A stretch of 60,605 bases of DNA, the filler included. It is 5 parts of 5 records of this genome, joined end to end, with 100 filler letters (N's around TTAATTAATTAA, not from the genome) between each part and the next. Parts side by side here need not be neighbours in the genome. Positions count along the whole stretch, not along the records: positions 9,852 to 23,545 come from SRR31156797_17427; 4 more parts are not named here. One strand, given 5' to 3'. Within the stretch, counting starts at the first letter, position 1, and each line of letters opens with the position of its first letter. Positions 9,928 to 20,246 of the stretch are shown here, piece after piece. A program made the position numbers and the translations under genes. The notes beneath the pieces were generated by a model, which saw only the letters and a list, made by a program, of their open reading frames with translations, was not told the DNA's origin and made no database searches.

Positions 9928-10013
9928 ATTTCTTAAATGAGGGTTTATCCCGATTCATCTTTCTCTATTTTCATACTAAAATTAAATTAAGAAAATTAAC
10001 AGGGAGGAACATC

Positions 10014-10403
10014 ATGAAAAAAATATTAGTTAGTTTAATTTTGGTATTAGGAATAGGAGGATCACTTTTTTATTTTACATTTATAAAAACAAAAAAAGAT
10101 CTTTATAAGCAAGTAAGAGAAATGGAGATTGAGCAAATAAACATCTCACAATTAAAAGATGGAAAGTATATTGGTGAGTTTAAATATGGCAGTTCTATAA
10201 CTAAAACTGAAATTGAAATAAAAAATGGAGAAATCAGTGATATAGAGTATATCAAAATCGGGGACTCCAAATATGCACAAAATGCCGCAAAAGGAATTAA
10301 AGAAAAAATCTTATCATCCCAAAATAATAACGTTGATGCTGTTGCCGGTGCCACTACTACCAGTAAAGCTATTTTGAAATCAATAGAGTTAGGATTAAAA
10401 TAA
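10014..10403 (+). CDS. Membrane-anchored FMN-binding domain protein
   Basis: N-terminal TM, DGKYIG and VDAVAGATTTSKAI flavinylation-like motif. GGAGG RBS before ATG 10014. Confidence 0.85.
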   Translation: MKKILVSLILVLGIGGSLFYFTFIKTKKDLYKQVREMEIEQINISQLKDGKYIGEFKYGSSITKTEIEIKNGEISDIEYIKIGDSKYAQNAAKGIKEKILSSQNNNVDAVAGATTTSKAILKSIELGLK

Positions 10404-10472
10404 GAGTTTGCGTTATAAAAATCAAAATAAAGCTTGTAATTTTTTTAATATTATATTAGAATTAAGGAGTCG

Positions 10473-10486
10473 TGACCCACGGGTCA
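10473..10486. promoter_or_regulatory. Palindromic operator candidate (TetR-like)
   Basis: TGACCC-ac-GGGTCA, a GC-rich palindrome in AT-rich DNA just upstream of the RBS of the 4Fe-4S gene. Confidence 0.5.
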
Positions 10487-10506
10487 ATTCTCTGGAAGGA
10501 GTAATT

Positions 10507-11241
10507 ATGACAAAACAAAAAATCAGAAAATTCATAACAATATTTATGTTTTTTATTTTTCCGGCTATATATTACTACTATTCACCCTATTTAATTATTG
10601 ATGCAGCAATTAAGGGTATCATCAATGGCAGTTTTATTATTTTTATAATACTCACTTGCTCGGGATTAGTATTTGGGCGTGCATACTGTGGCTGGATATG
10701 TCCAATCGCCGGAATGCAGGAAAGCTGTGAGCAAATAAGTAAGAAAAGAGCAAAAAATGGAATTTTTAACTTAATCAAATGGATAATATGGACTCTATGG
10801 TTAATTCCAATTATAGTTTTCATCTTTAAAAATTATAATAATCTTAGCATTGAATTCTTCTATCAAACCAAGGATTCTCTATACCTATCGATGTCAAGAC
10901 CAGCTGACGTAATAATTTATCTTTTAATTCTTGCTGTAATTTTTATCATGTTCCTTTTATTTGGAAAAAGAGCATTCTGTCATTATCTATGTTGGATGGC
11001 TCCATTTATGATAATTGGCGATAAAATAGGTAGAATTTTAAGATTCCCGTCATTACAATTGAAAGCAGATAAAAGTAAATGTATCAATTGTAAAAAATGT
11101 AATCAAACATGTCAAATGAGCTTAAACGTAGAAAAAATGGTCACAGAAGATAAAATGCATAACTATGAATGTGTTCTTTGTGGCGAGTGTATAGAGGTTT
11201 GTCCAAAAAAAGTAATTAAATTTAATAAAAATTTAAGATAA
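10507..11241 (+). CDS. Membrane 4Fe-4S protein (NapH/MauN-like)
   Basis: GRAYCGWICP and RAFCHYLC motifs, plus two ferredoxin motifs CINCKKCNQTC and CVLCGECIEVCP. Confidence 0.88.
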   Translation: MTKQKIRKFITIFMFFIFPAIYYYYSPYLIIDAAIKGIINGSFIIFIILTCSGLVFGRAYCGWICPIAGMQESCEQISKKRAKNGIFNLIKWIIWTLWLIPIIVFIFKNYNNLSIEFFYQTKDSLYLSMSRPADVIIYLLILAVIFIMFLLFGKRAFCHYLCWMAPFMIIGDKIGRILRFPSLQLKADKSKCINCKKCNQTCQMSLNVEKMVTEDKMHNYECVLCGECIEVCPKKVIKFNKNLR

Positions 11242-11291
11242 ATCAAAGTATAATAACCTATATTTTGAATACTCAGAAAGGAGATATAATT

Positions 11292-12119
11292 ATGAATAAA
11301 AAAAGTATTTTACTATTAATTTGTAGCTTAACATTTTTTGCTTTAGCTAATATTTCAGTTGCAGAAGAAGAAAAAAATGCGGAAGCACCTAAAAAAGAGA
11401 TGCAAAGAGGTGGACCGCCAAAAGAAACTTGGGGTATTAAAGGAAATTTTAATACTTGGGGAGTAATCACTGCTGCTTCAACTCCATATTTTGAATCACA
11501 AGAAAATCAATATATCGTTTTTCCGGTAATTGATCACCCTTTCTTTAAATATCAAGGTTTCCAAAAAGATTTTTATATCACTCCAACGATTGCTATCACA
11601 CCTAGTTTAACTTATGCCGGTAATTACTCACTGGATAATAATACATTAAGCGGAAAATACAGTGATATAAACAACAGATACGGAAGTATAGAAGCTGGTG
11701 TTGCCGGTAGCGTAAACTTAGGACCATACTCTGCTAAACTGGGTATGAGAGCTGATGTTAGTGATAGTTATAACGGTAATAGATTTTATCTTTCTCTAGA
11801 AGGAAGAAAAAGACTTAACTCAAACATGTTTCAAATGATGAGTTACGGTTTAACATACAATAACTATAGCGAGAACTTTATGGATTATTACTTTGGAATT
11901 TCTGAATCAGAATCTGATGATACAGGTCTGACTGAATATCATCCAGGTCAATGTGGGTCAGTTTCTGCTAACCTTTCACTGATTAAAATGATCAATCCAA
12001 ACTTTACTTTAATTATTGCCGGTGGACTTGAGCATCTTGGCGAAAGAGCTGACAGTGATATATTAGAGACAAGAAACTCTGCTAACCTTGCTGCAATACT
12101 GAACTGGAAACCAAATTAA
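11292..12119 (+). CDS. MipA/OmpV-family outer membrane protein
   Basis: Signal peptide, FMDYYFGISESE motif and alternating beta-strand pattern. Confidence 0.7.
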   Translation: MNKKSILLLICSLTFFALANISVAEEEKNAEAPKKEMQRGGPPKETWGIKGNFNTWGVITAASTPYFESQENQYIVFPVIDHPFFKYQGFQKDFYITPTIAITPSLTYAGNYSLDNNTLSGKYSDINNRYGSIEAGVAGSVNLGPYSAKLGMRADVSDSYNGNRFYLSLEGRKRLNSNMFQMMSYGLTYNNYSENFMDYYFGISESESDDTGLTEYHPGQCGSVSANLSLIKMINPNFTLIIAGGLEHLGERADSDILETRNSANLAAILNWKPN

Positions 12120-12146
12120 ACTAAAATTCAACTATTAAAAGCTCAT

Positions 12147-12186
12147 AACCGAAAAGTCGTTTTTTGAAACTGACTTTTCGGTTTTT
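12147..12186 (+). terminator. Intrinsic terminator
   Basis: AACCGAAAAGTC...GACTTTTCGGTT followed by a T run. Confidence 0.7.
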
Positions 12187-12261
12187 ATTTTTGCAATAAA
12201 ATAATTTTTCATGTAAAATACTAGAGGAATATAAGACACTAAAACGAAAGGCGGATACGAA

Positions 12262-14040
12262 ATGGAACTAAACTGGAATTTGGATATACTATATACTTCT
12301 TTTGATGATGAAAACTTCTCAAAGGATAAAGAGAGATTTAATACTCTATATAAGGAGTTAGCTGACATATCAAACTCAGAATTTTCTTCAACGGAAAATG
12401 CTCAAAACAAAATTGAAACTTACTTGAAAAAATACACTGAAACTCTGCAAACACTTTTTAAATTACTTTACTTTGGTGAGCTTTCAATGACTGTTGATGT
12501 TAAGAATGCCAAAGCTATTGAAACTATAGAGTATTGCGAAAATAAATTAGTTGATATTACTGAGATTGATATTCAATTCAAAAAATTTATTAAAAAATTA
12601 GATAATTTAGCTACAATAATCGAAAATTCTAATTATCTAAAAGAACTAAAATTTCATTTAAACGAAATTAAAGAGAGTACAAAATATATGCTTAGCGAAA
12701 AAGAGGAAATAGCTATTGCAAAAATGAAAACAACCGGTTCTAAAGCTTGGGAAAAACTACAGGGAACAGTTACTTCAAGCTTAATGATCGAAATTGAAGT
12801 TGACGGAGAAAATAAAAAACTTCCACTCTCTGAAATCAGAAATTTAGCTTATAGAAAAGAAGCTGATATAAGAAAAGAAGCGTTCAAGGCTGAAATAGGT
12901 GCTTACTCACAAATCGAGGACTCTGTTGCATCTTGTCTTAACTCTATCAAAGGTGAAGCCATCACAGAGGCTGAATTAAGAGGTTATGAGTCTATAATGG
13001 AGAAAACATTAAAAGGTTCAAGACTAAAGAAAGAGACTCTGGATGCCATGCTGGAAGCAATGCTAGATAGTTTACCTGATTTTGCTAAATACCTTAAGAA
13101 AAAAGCTGAGTTATTAAATCATGAAAACGGATTACCATTTTACGATCTATTTGCTCCAATGGGAGAAGCAAATATTAGATATACTGAAGAGGAAGCAGCT
13201 GAATTTATCATCTCTTGCTTCAATTCATTTAGTATAAAATTAGGCGGTTTTGCTAAAAAAGCATTTGATAATAACTGGATTGATTTTAGTCCAAAACAAG
13301 GAAAAGTCGGAGGAGCATTCTGTATGAATATGCATCCTATTGGTGAGAGTAGAATTTTATCTAACTTCACTGGATCATTTAATGATCTAAGTACTCTTGC
13401 ACACGAGCTTGGACATGCGTATCACGGAGAATGTCTGTTGGAAGAGGATTACCTAAACAGTGACTATACTATGCCTATTGCAGAAACAGCATCAATTTTC
13501 TGCGAAACAATTATTAAAAATGCCGCTCTTGAAAAAGTTTCTAAAGAGGAAGCATTTGCAATACTTGAGCAGGATATCTCAGGGGCAACACAGGTTATCT
13601 GTGATATCTACAGCAGATTTGTTTTCGAAGATGAAGTAATAAAAAGAAGAAAAAATTCATCTTTATCAGTTGATGATCTAAAAGAGATTATGATGGATTC
13701 ACAGAAGAAAGCATATCTTGACGGATTAGATCATGAGAACCTACATCCATATATGTGGGTATGCAAACCTCATTATTATTCTGCTGAAGTTAACTATTAC
13801 AATTTCCCATATGCATTTGGATTACTTTTCTCTAAAGGCTTATACGCTGCTTATTTAAAAGATAAAGAAGCTTTTGTAGCAAAATATGATGAAATGTTAG
13901 CAATTACCGGTAAAAATGAAATAGAAGATGTTGTAACTTTCATGGGACTAGACGTAACAAAAAAAGAGTTCTGGGCAGATTCACTAAATCTAATTAAACA
14001 CGATATTGAGGAATTTATAAAATTATCTGAAGAGTTATAA
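12262..14040 (+). CDS. Oligoendopeptidase F (peptidase M3B)
   Basis: WNLDILY, GKVGGAFC, TLAHELGHAYH, AETAS and YYNFPYAFG motifs. Confidence 0.93.
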   Translation: MELNWNLDILYTSFDDENFSKDKERFNTLYKELADISNSEFSSTENAQNKIETYLKKYTETLQTLFKLLYFGELSMTVDVKNAKAIETIEYCENKLVDITEIDIQFKKFIKKLDNLATIIENSNYLKELKFHLNEIKESTKYMLSEKEEIAIAKMKTTGSKAWEKLQGTVTSSLMIEIEVDGENKKLPLSEIRNLAYRKEADIRKEAFKAEIGAYSQIEDSVASCLNSIKGEAITEAELRGYESIMEKTLKGSRLKKETLDAMLEAMLDSLPDFAKYLKKKAELLNHENGLPFYDLFAPMGEANIRYTEEEAAEFIISCFNSFSIKLGGFAKKAFDNNWIDFSPKQGKVGGAFCMNMHPIGESRILSNFTGSFNDLSTLAHELGHAYHGECLLEEDYLNSDYTMPIAETASIFCETIIKNAALEKVSKEEAFAILEQDISGATQVICDIYSRFVFEDEVIKRRKNSSLSVDDLKEIMMDSQKKAYLDGLDHENLHPYMWVCKPHYYSAEVNYYNFPYAFGLLFSKGLYAAYLKDKEAFVAKYDEMLAITGKNEIEDVVTFMGLDVTKKEFWADSLNLIKHDIEEFIKLSEEL

Positions 14041-14046
14041 AACACT

Positions 14047-14085
14047 AAAAATTCAGGGTGTAAACTATTACGCCCTGAATTTTTT
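14047..14085. terminator. Bidirectional terminator between convergent genes
   Basis: AAAAATTCAGGGTGTAA...TTACGCCCTGAATTTTTT. Confidence 0.8.
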
Positions 14086-14089
14086 ATAA

Positions 14090-15019
14090 TTATTTCTCTA
14101 CATCATCTTTTCTTGCTCTTCTTACGGGACTTGAACCAAAAAGAATATCCTTTTCTCTTGCTTCAATTTCCATTTTGATCATCTCTTCAGCAATATGTGT
14201 CATACTTCTAATATCAGTTGGTTCTAAAACCTCTTCTATTTCAACTCCTTTTTTCTTTCTCAAGAAGCTATAATTTTTCCATAAATTTTGTTTAATTCTT
14301 TTAACATCAACAGGTTGTCTTAGTAAATCTAAAATTTCATTTCTAAATTTTTCTATAAACTCTCCGCTCTCTGTACTTTCATGAGCCAACTCTCTTCCCA
14401 TTTCATCAGCCTGTTTCCTGTTAATTTCCTGACACAAAAATTTTAAATTATGCCAAATATCATATAACTCAGTTAACTTATTAATTTCCTGATCTTTCAG
14501 CCAAACAAAGGCATACATTCTTCTACGCCAATCCCACCACTTTATAGGACTTTGCAGGTCAACCGCAGGTATCAAAAATATCTCTTTTTGTAAAAGAAGT
14601 GATCCGAAAATTCCAGGTGGTTTCCCCATTCTGCTTCCCCGTAAAGTAGTTCTAAATACACCACATGTCGGGCTTCCTTCCATAAAAATAAATACATCTA
14701 CTTTTGCTGTTTCCAAGACATTCATGCATGATTCACAGCCTTTTCTAACAATTTCACTTTTATCGAAACCTTCACGACTTTTAATTTCTGCATTTCCAGC
14801 CCAGAAATCATCTCCGTTTCCTTTTCTGAGGCTAATCGGTGATCTGGGAACACCTAAACCACTCATTACTTCAGGACATATTGGATGCCAAATAAATTCA
14901 CCCTTTTCACGCCCCAGTCTTTCTGTCATATCCCAGCCTTTGGAGTTATACCTTACTTTTGCACCATATTGGCATGCAGAGATACCAATATTTATTTTCT
15001 TATATAATAAATTTGCCAT
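14090..15019 (-). CDS. DUF523 (TudS-like thiouracil desulfidase domain) plus DUF1722-like protein
   Basis: GISACQYG..VRY, ICPEV..GLGVPR and SPTCG cysteine motifs. Confidence 0.8.
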   Translation of the reverse strand: MANLLYKKINIGISACQYGAKVRYNSKGWDMTERLGREKGEFIWHPICPEVMSGLGVPRSPISLRKGNGDDFWAGNAEIKSREGFDKSEIVRKGCESCMNVLETAKVDVFIFMEGSPTCGVFRTTLRGSRMGKPPGIFGSLLLQKEIFLIPAVDLQSPIKWWDWRRRMYAFVWLKDQEINKLTELYDIWHNLKFLCQEINRKQADEMGRELAHESTESGEFIEKFRNEILDLLRQPVDVKRIKQNLWKNYSFLRKKKGVEIEEVLEPTDIRSMTHIAEEMIKMEIEAREKDILFGSSPVRRARKDDVEK

Positions 15020-15139
15020 TATAAAACTCCTTTCATTTCAGTTATTCTTATTATTAGTAGTTCTATGACATTTTCCTCTATTTTGCTAAAAAATATAAAA
15101 AAAAGACGTAATCACTTTACGTCTTTTCACTTTATAAAT

Positions 15140-15751
15140 TTATTTATCTTTTTTGAATTTAAAATCTTTTAATTTTTTAATATCAAATTTATAACCAAAT
15201 AAAAGATTAAGTCTTGAAATCAGCACCTCATCCTTCAAATCTGTATTGCCGCTTTCATATTCCATTTCACCTTTTAAACCCTCAATAGAAATTTCAAAAC
15301 TTTTATTATTTTTCTCTAATCCTACACCTAGAGCCAAATAAGGAAAAAATTCTCCACTCCAATCTTCTTCAAAGCTTTCATTTTCACTATCCAGATATTC
15401 TTCCATAGCAGAACTAAGTGCAAAACCAAGCTTTGCTATATAATATCCTTTTGTCTCATCAGGGGAATCAACATAATATTTCGTACTCAAAAACATAGGA
15501 CTTCCACCGCCAATAAAGAAACCTAATCCTAAATCTATATTTTCTTTAATTTGAAATTCATATGAAAATTCTAATGAATAATCAACACTTCCATTAATAT
15601 CCGTTTTATCAGAATAATCCTCACCATTCAATTCTCCACTAACATCATTTTTAATTTGTTCAGCAAATGTTCCTCCAACTTTCACATTAAAACCTTTAGA
15701 GTAACTTAACACACTTAGTAAAAGTAAAAAAATGCATAATAATTTTTTCAT
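15140..15751 (-). CDS. Secreted protein, probable small outer-membrane beta-barrel
   Basis: Signal peptide MKKLLCIFLLLLSVLSYS, amphipathic strands and an LLFGYKF terminal-strand motif followed by a short basic tail. Confidence 0.6.
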   Translation of the reverse strand: MKKLLCIFLLLLSVLSYSKGFNVKVGGTFAEQIKNDVSGELNGEDYSDKTDINGSVDYSLEFSYEFQIKENIDLGLGFFIGGGSPMFLSTKYYVDSPDETKGYYIAKLGFALSSAMEEYLDSENESFEEDWSGEFFPYLALGVGLEKNNKSFEISIEGLKGEMEYESGNTDLKDEVLISRLNLLFGYKFDIKKLKDFKFKKDK

Positions 15752-15786
15752 CTATTCTCTCCTTCATTCTGTTCAATTCTAATTTA

Positions 15787-17538
15787 TTATTTAATTACAA
15801 TACTTACTTTCATGTCATCTTCAATCTCACTAACTGATATACTACCACTATCCTCTATTGTTCCAACATGGTATAAAAGATTCGAAACACAAGGTAGAAG
15901 TAAATCTAATTCACCATTACAAACATTTGGACCAGAACAAGTGCTGTATTTATAATTATAAAGATTAATAGATCCTAAACTATAAGTTTCGTTATTTTCT
16001 TGAGATGTAAACCATGTTCCTGTATTAAATTGCATTTTATCAGGAGCATTTGTAAATTCTGATAATAAATTTGCTGTTGCAAATTTATGAAAAACAGTGT
16101 CAAAAGTATATCCCGTATAGCCAAGTTCAGTTAAAGCATCGTTTATAGCTTCATAATTGGTTTTATCATTTTGTACAATCTCTTTTACAAACTTTGCTCC
16201 TCCAAAATTTCTAATCATATATGCTCCAAAGGCATAATTAATTGCATAATCATAATAAACTTCATCACTATTCTCTGAATCTCCTGACCAAGTTGTTAAT
16301 GATATTTGATTATGTAAATTATAAAGTGGCAATCTTCCATCAGTATTATTCGAAGAACCCGCTGAACCATCACTGTAGTTTACACCTCTTGGTCCGGCAC
16401 TTGATATCTTTGTAGAAAGTAAATCCTCAACTGCCATTGATGAAAGTTCATTTAGCCAACTATCAGAACCTGAACTTGTTCCGTTTTTTACAACTTTTTG
16501 ATAAAAATTAATCATATGCTGAAATTCATGAGCTAATGTTGATATAATATCTTGTTGATATGAACCTGATATACTCCATTCATCATCTTCTGTATTTGCA
16601 AATATTGGAGCATCTATATAGAACATTACTTTTTCATTAGAGGTTTCTATTGATTCCTGAACAAAATTATCTCTCGCATAAAAATATCCATATGTTTTGC
16701 CGCCACTTTCAAGACCGTCGCCATCTATATCAAATAGAAGAATATCAATTTCATCTGTATCATCAATAAAATATGATGATGCATGACTTCCCCATTGCTC
16801 ACCACAAATATTTGTTACCCAATCATAGATATCATTATTATCCCCTGATCTAAGAAATTTATACACTAATGAGTCAACCATAGTTTGTGTAATTGGATAC
16901 TCTTCATGATCCCAAGAATCATCAGCGACCCAAACATTAAGAGTTGTCCCATTTACCGTAATTGTTTTTCTCATTGTTGCTGCAATTGTATTTTCTGTAT
17001 TATTACTATCATCATAAAACTTCTCAGAATCTCCTTCTTCATATGAACTGCTATATGATGGAGTACTTGCAAATATACTTTTATTTACTGAAGGTTTTAC
17101 AGCATTTTGGAATGGATCTTCATTAAAATTAGCTATAGTTTCATTACTTTTTCTTCTTAGTTCTGTTATATCTTCCACATCTAATTCTGATGTTTTTTCG
17201 CTTACAAGTTTTGAAGCAGATTTTAATTTAGACGATATTTCTGGAATACTTAAACTCTCCTCTTGATTTGTATTTGTAAAAACAAAATAAACATCTCTAT
17301 CACTTGATGAAGAAACGGATAAGTCTATAGTCCCATCATGATCTGTAACTTCTATTACTTTACTACCTGTGTCACTATCGATGCTCGTATTAATTACACC
17401 ACCATTGAATTCCTCATATACTATCTCTCCATTTGTACTAAATGATATAAAACCTGTTGATGGTTCTTTTTCAAAAATACCATCACACCCTACAATTAAT
17501 AAACAAAATAAAATCCCTAGTAATTTCTTGCCTGTCAT
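15787..17538 (-). CDS. Lipoprotein zinc metallopeptidase, M30 (hyicolysin)-like, copy A
   Basis: Lipobox LIVGC; TLAHEFQHMINF...WLNE. Confidence 0.8.
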   Translation of the reverse strand: MTGKKLLGILFCLLIVGCDGIFEKEPSTGFISFSTNGEIVYEEFNGGVINTSIDSDTGSKVIEVTDHDGTIDLSVSSSSDRDVYFVFTNTNQEESLSIPEISSKLKSASKLVSEKTSELDVEDITELRRKSNETIANFNEDPFQNAVKPSVNKSIFASTPSYSSSYEEGDSEKFYDDSNNTENTIAATMRKTITVNGTTLNVWVADDSWDHEEYPITQTMVDSLVYKFLRSGDNNDIYDWVTNICGEQWGSHASSYFIDDTDEIDILLFDIDGDGLESGGKTYGYFYARDNFVQESIETSNEKVMFYIDAPIFANTEDDEWSISGSYQQDIISTLAHEFQHMINFYQKVVKNGTSSGSDSWLNELSSMAVEDLLSTKISSAGPRGVNYSDGSAGSSNNTDGRLPLYNLHNQISLTTWSGDSENSDEVYYDYAINYAFGAYMIRNFGGAKFVKEIVQNDKTNYEAINDALTELGYTGYTFDTVFHKFATANLLSEFTNAPDKMQFNTGTWFTSQENNETYSLGSINLYNYKYSTCSGPNVCNGELDLLLPCVSNLLYHVGTIEDSGSISVSEIEDDMKVSIVIK

Positions 17539-17774
17539 TCTCTTTCCCTCCGTTAGTTTAAATTATTAAATTCTTATATTATGTTTTTATGATACATGTT
17601 TTACAATATAAGAATCCTCCCAAGATGTCAAAAAACCACAACTTTGCGTGATTTAAAACACATCATTCCCAAATATGATTATAGCATATTTAAATATACT
17701 TATGTAACATTTTTTTCTAACAATACAAAAAGGCCGCAAAATTGCGACCTTTTAAGTGTATTTTCTTTCTACAT

Positions 17775-18257
17775 TTAATCTTTATTTAAAAATTTAAATG
17801 GATTTCTATTAAACTCCTGTACTTTTTGTTTATCTTTTTTCTTATAGTAAATATTATCTTCCATATTCACTTTTTCCATTTTTATATAACAATTTCCCTC
17901 TATTTCACCAAGTGATAAAATCACTTGAATTATTATTTTGCTATTTCTTTCATCCAGTTCTATCAGAAGAGGTTTTTCATTTTCCGAACTTTCAATTATT
18001 TTAGTCATATTTTCATTATATACATATACTATCGGAGAAGAGCTTGGCTTACCATAAACTCTTGATTTTGAACCAGATATCAAAACAGAGTATATAGCAT
18101 TTTGCTCCTCTTCTAATTCAAACCAAAATACATTATTTTCTTTTGAAAAATTTATCTCTTGCCATTCACTATCACTCATATATTCTACCCTCTTAATTGA
18201 AGAGCTGTAACTAATAGCTGAAAGTAGTATTAAAAGTAGCATCAGTATCTTTTTCAT
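17775..18257 (-). CDS. Secreted hypothetical protein
   Basis: Signal peptide MKKILMLLLILLSAISYS; starts 12 nt after the stop of the upstream peptidase. Confidence 0.7.
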   Translation of the reverse strand: MKKILMLLLILLSAISYSSSIKRVEYMSDSEWQEINFSKENNVFWFELEEEQNAIYSVLISGSKSRVYGKPSSSPIVYVYNENMTKIIESSENEKPLLIELDERNSKIIIQVILSLGEIEGNCYIKMEKVNMEDNIYYKKKDKQKVQEFNRNPFKFLNKD

Positions 18258-18269
18258 GTTCTCACCTCT

Positions 18270-20033
18270 TTATTTAATTACAACCGTTACTTTTACATCT
18301 GTATCCAAATCATCTATCGTATAACTCTCAGTACCATAAACGTCATTACCTGCCTGATAATAAGTATTTGAGCTTGGGTTTACTCTACTGTCCATGCTAG
18401 AACCATTTCCATAAATATAAGGTCCTGAATGACTAACTGAACCTGATTGATATAAATAGTTATAAAGATTTATTGAACCAAGGCTATAAGTTATATCACC
18501 TTGTGTTGATTCAAACCAAGTCCCTGTATTAAATTTCATTCCCGTTGGAGCATTTGTCATATCTGACAGTAAATTTGCAGTTGCAAACTTATTAAAAACT
18601 GTATCGAAATCATAACTTGAATACCCTAAATCAGATAATGCATCTGTTACAGCTTGAGAGTCTAATTTATCATTTTGAATAAGAGATTTAACAAATTCAG
18701 CTCCTCCAAAGTTTCTTATTAAATATGCCCCGAAAGCATAATTGATAGCATAATCTCTAATACTACCTGTCCAATTGGTTAAAGATCTCTCATTATAGTA
18801 ATTATAAAGTGGAAGTCTTCCCCCAGTATTACTGCTTGATCCGGTAGTTCCGTCATTATAACTAACACCTCTAGGTCCGTCAGCTTCTATTTTTGACGCG
18901 ACTAAATCCTCAACTGCCATTGATAACATCTCATTTAACCAATCTTCAGCTCCACCTGAAAGTTGGTTTTTTACAGATTTTTGATAAAAATTTATCATAT
19001 GTTGAAATTCATGAGCTAAAGTCGAAACAGCTTCCTGAGGATATTCATCTGTGATTTCCCAAGTACTGCCCTCTGCAGTAGATAGAAATCCAGAATCTAT
19101 ATAAAACATTATCTTCTCATTTGAACCTTTATAATCATTATAATATGTATCACTTGTATCTGTAATTCTATCAAAATTATCCCTTGAATAATAATAGCCC
19201 AATACTCCTCCGGCTCCATCATTATCAATATCAAGTAATAAAATATGAACATCATCTGTGTCAGCAATTAAATCTGTATAACTGTGAGGCCCCCAAGGTT
19301 TTCCTGCTAAATTAACTACCCAATCATAAATATCATTATTTGAACCTGAAGTCAAAAACTTATCCGCAAACTCATCAACCATTGTTTGAGTAACATCTCC
19401 ACTATTTCCTGTCCACGAGTCATCTTCAACCCAAACGTATAAATTTACATCTCCTACTGTTATTTTAGCTCTTACAGTTGATGGAACAACCGCATCGTCA
19501 GCATCATAGAAATCAAGTGGATCACCTACTGAATACGATGTTGCAGCAGTTGAGTAATTTATACTTTTATTATTAGAATTAATTATTGGTGTTTTTTTAA
19601 ATGGATCACTATTAAACTCTCTAACTTTATCTTTTGTTGAACTTTCATTAGTCGAAGACTCTTCACTTTTAGCCAGACCTGCTGATATATTTTCACTTAC
19701 TGATTTGATACTACTTGAGATTGTTGGCGAAGAATTATAAGAACTTTGATCTTTATTCGTGAAAACGAAATATACATCTCTTTCCTCATAAGTTGTAATA
19801 CTCAAATCTATAGTACCACCATGGTCAATTTCAAGTATCTTATAATCAAGATCATTTGTAACTCCGGTTGCAACAAAGCCGCTTGAAGATTGACTTGTAC
19901 TAATCTCACCATTCGAATCTATAGTAGTAATAGTTGCTATTGAATTCGTAGAAGATGAGGAACTACTGTCATCGCTACACCCCGCTACTATTAATAGACA
20001 TAATAATAATCCTGTTACTTTTTTTATATTCAA
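18270..20033 (-). CDS. Lipoprotein zinc metallopeptidase, M30-like, copy B
   Basis: TTG start with AGGGAGG RBS, lipobox IVAGC and Ser linker, TLAHEFQHMINF...WLNE. Many blocks are shared with copy A. Confidence 0.8.
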   Translation of the reverse strand: MNIKKVTGLLLCLLIVAGCSDDSSSSSSTNSIATITTIDSNGEISTSQSSSGFVATGVTNDLDYKILEIDHGGTIDLSITTYEERDVYFVFTNKDQSSYNSSPTISSSIKSVSENISAGLAKSEESSTNESSTKDKVREFNSDPFKKTPIINSNNKSINYSTAATSYSVGDPLDFYDADDAVVPSTVRAKITVGDVNLYVWVEDDSWTGNSGDVTQTMVDEFADKFLTSGSNNDIYDWVVNLAGKPWGPHSYTDLIADTDDVHILLLDIDNDGAGGVLGYYYSRDNFDRITDTSDTYYNDYKGSNEKIMFYIDSGFLSTAEGSTWEITDEYPQEAVSTLAHEFQHMINFYQKSVKNQLSGGAEDWLNEMLSMAVEDLVASKIEADGPRGVSYNDGTTGSSSNTGGRLPLYNYYNERSLTNWTGSIRDYAINYAFGAYLIRNFGGAEFVKSLIQNDKLDSQAVTDALSDLGYSSYDFDTVFNKFATANLLSDMTNAPTGMKFNTGTWFESTQGDITYSLGSINLYNYLYQSGSVSHSGPYIYGNGSSMDSRVNPSSNTYYQAGNDVYGTESYTIDDLDTDVKVTVVIK

Positions 20034-20246
20034 TCTAATCCTCCCTACTAAATTTTTATTTATTATAACATTTTTGTATGGATCACTTATAAAATAAAAA
20101 TCTATTTTTTCAATTAAATCAATTATACAATAAAAATCTTAAAGAATAGTAATATTTTTTTATTATTCACTCACTAAACTTAAAACAGGCCGACTAAAAA
20201 GTTTTATATAATAAACTTTTCAGTCAGCCTATCTCTTCGCTAATTT

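Noticed and set aside
9909-10013. Extended N-termini given by the ORF track (9909, 10408, 11265, 8885, 22004, 57187, 57911, 57995)
   Set aside because: Downstream ATGs have clear RBSs, signal peptides or promoter context; the upstream extensions overlap terminators or operators.
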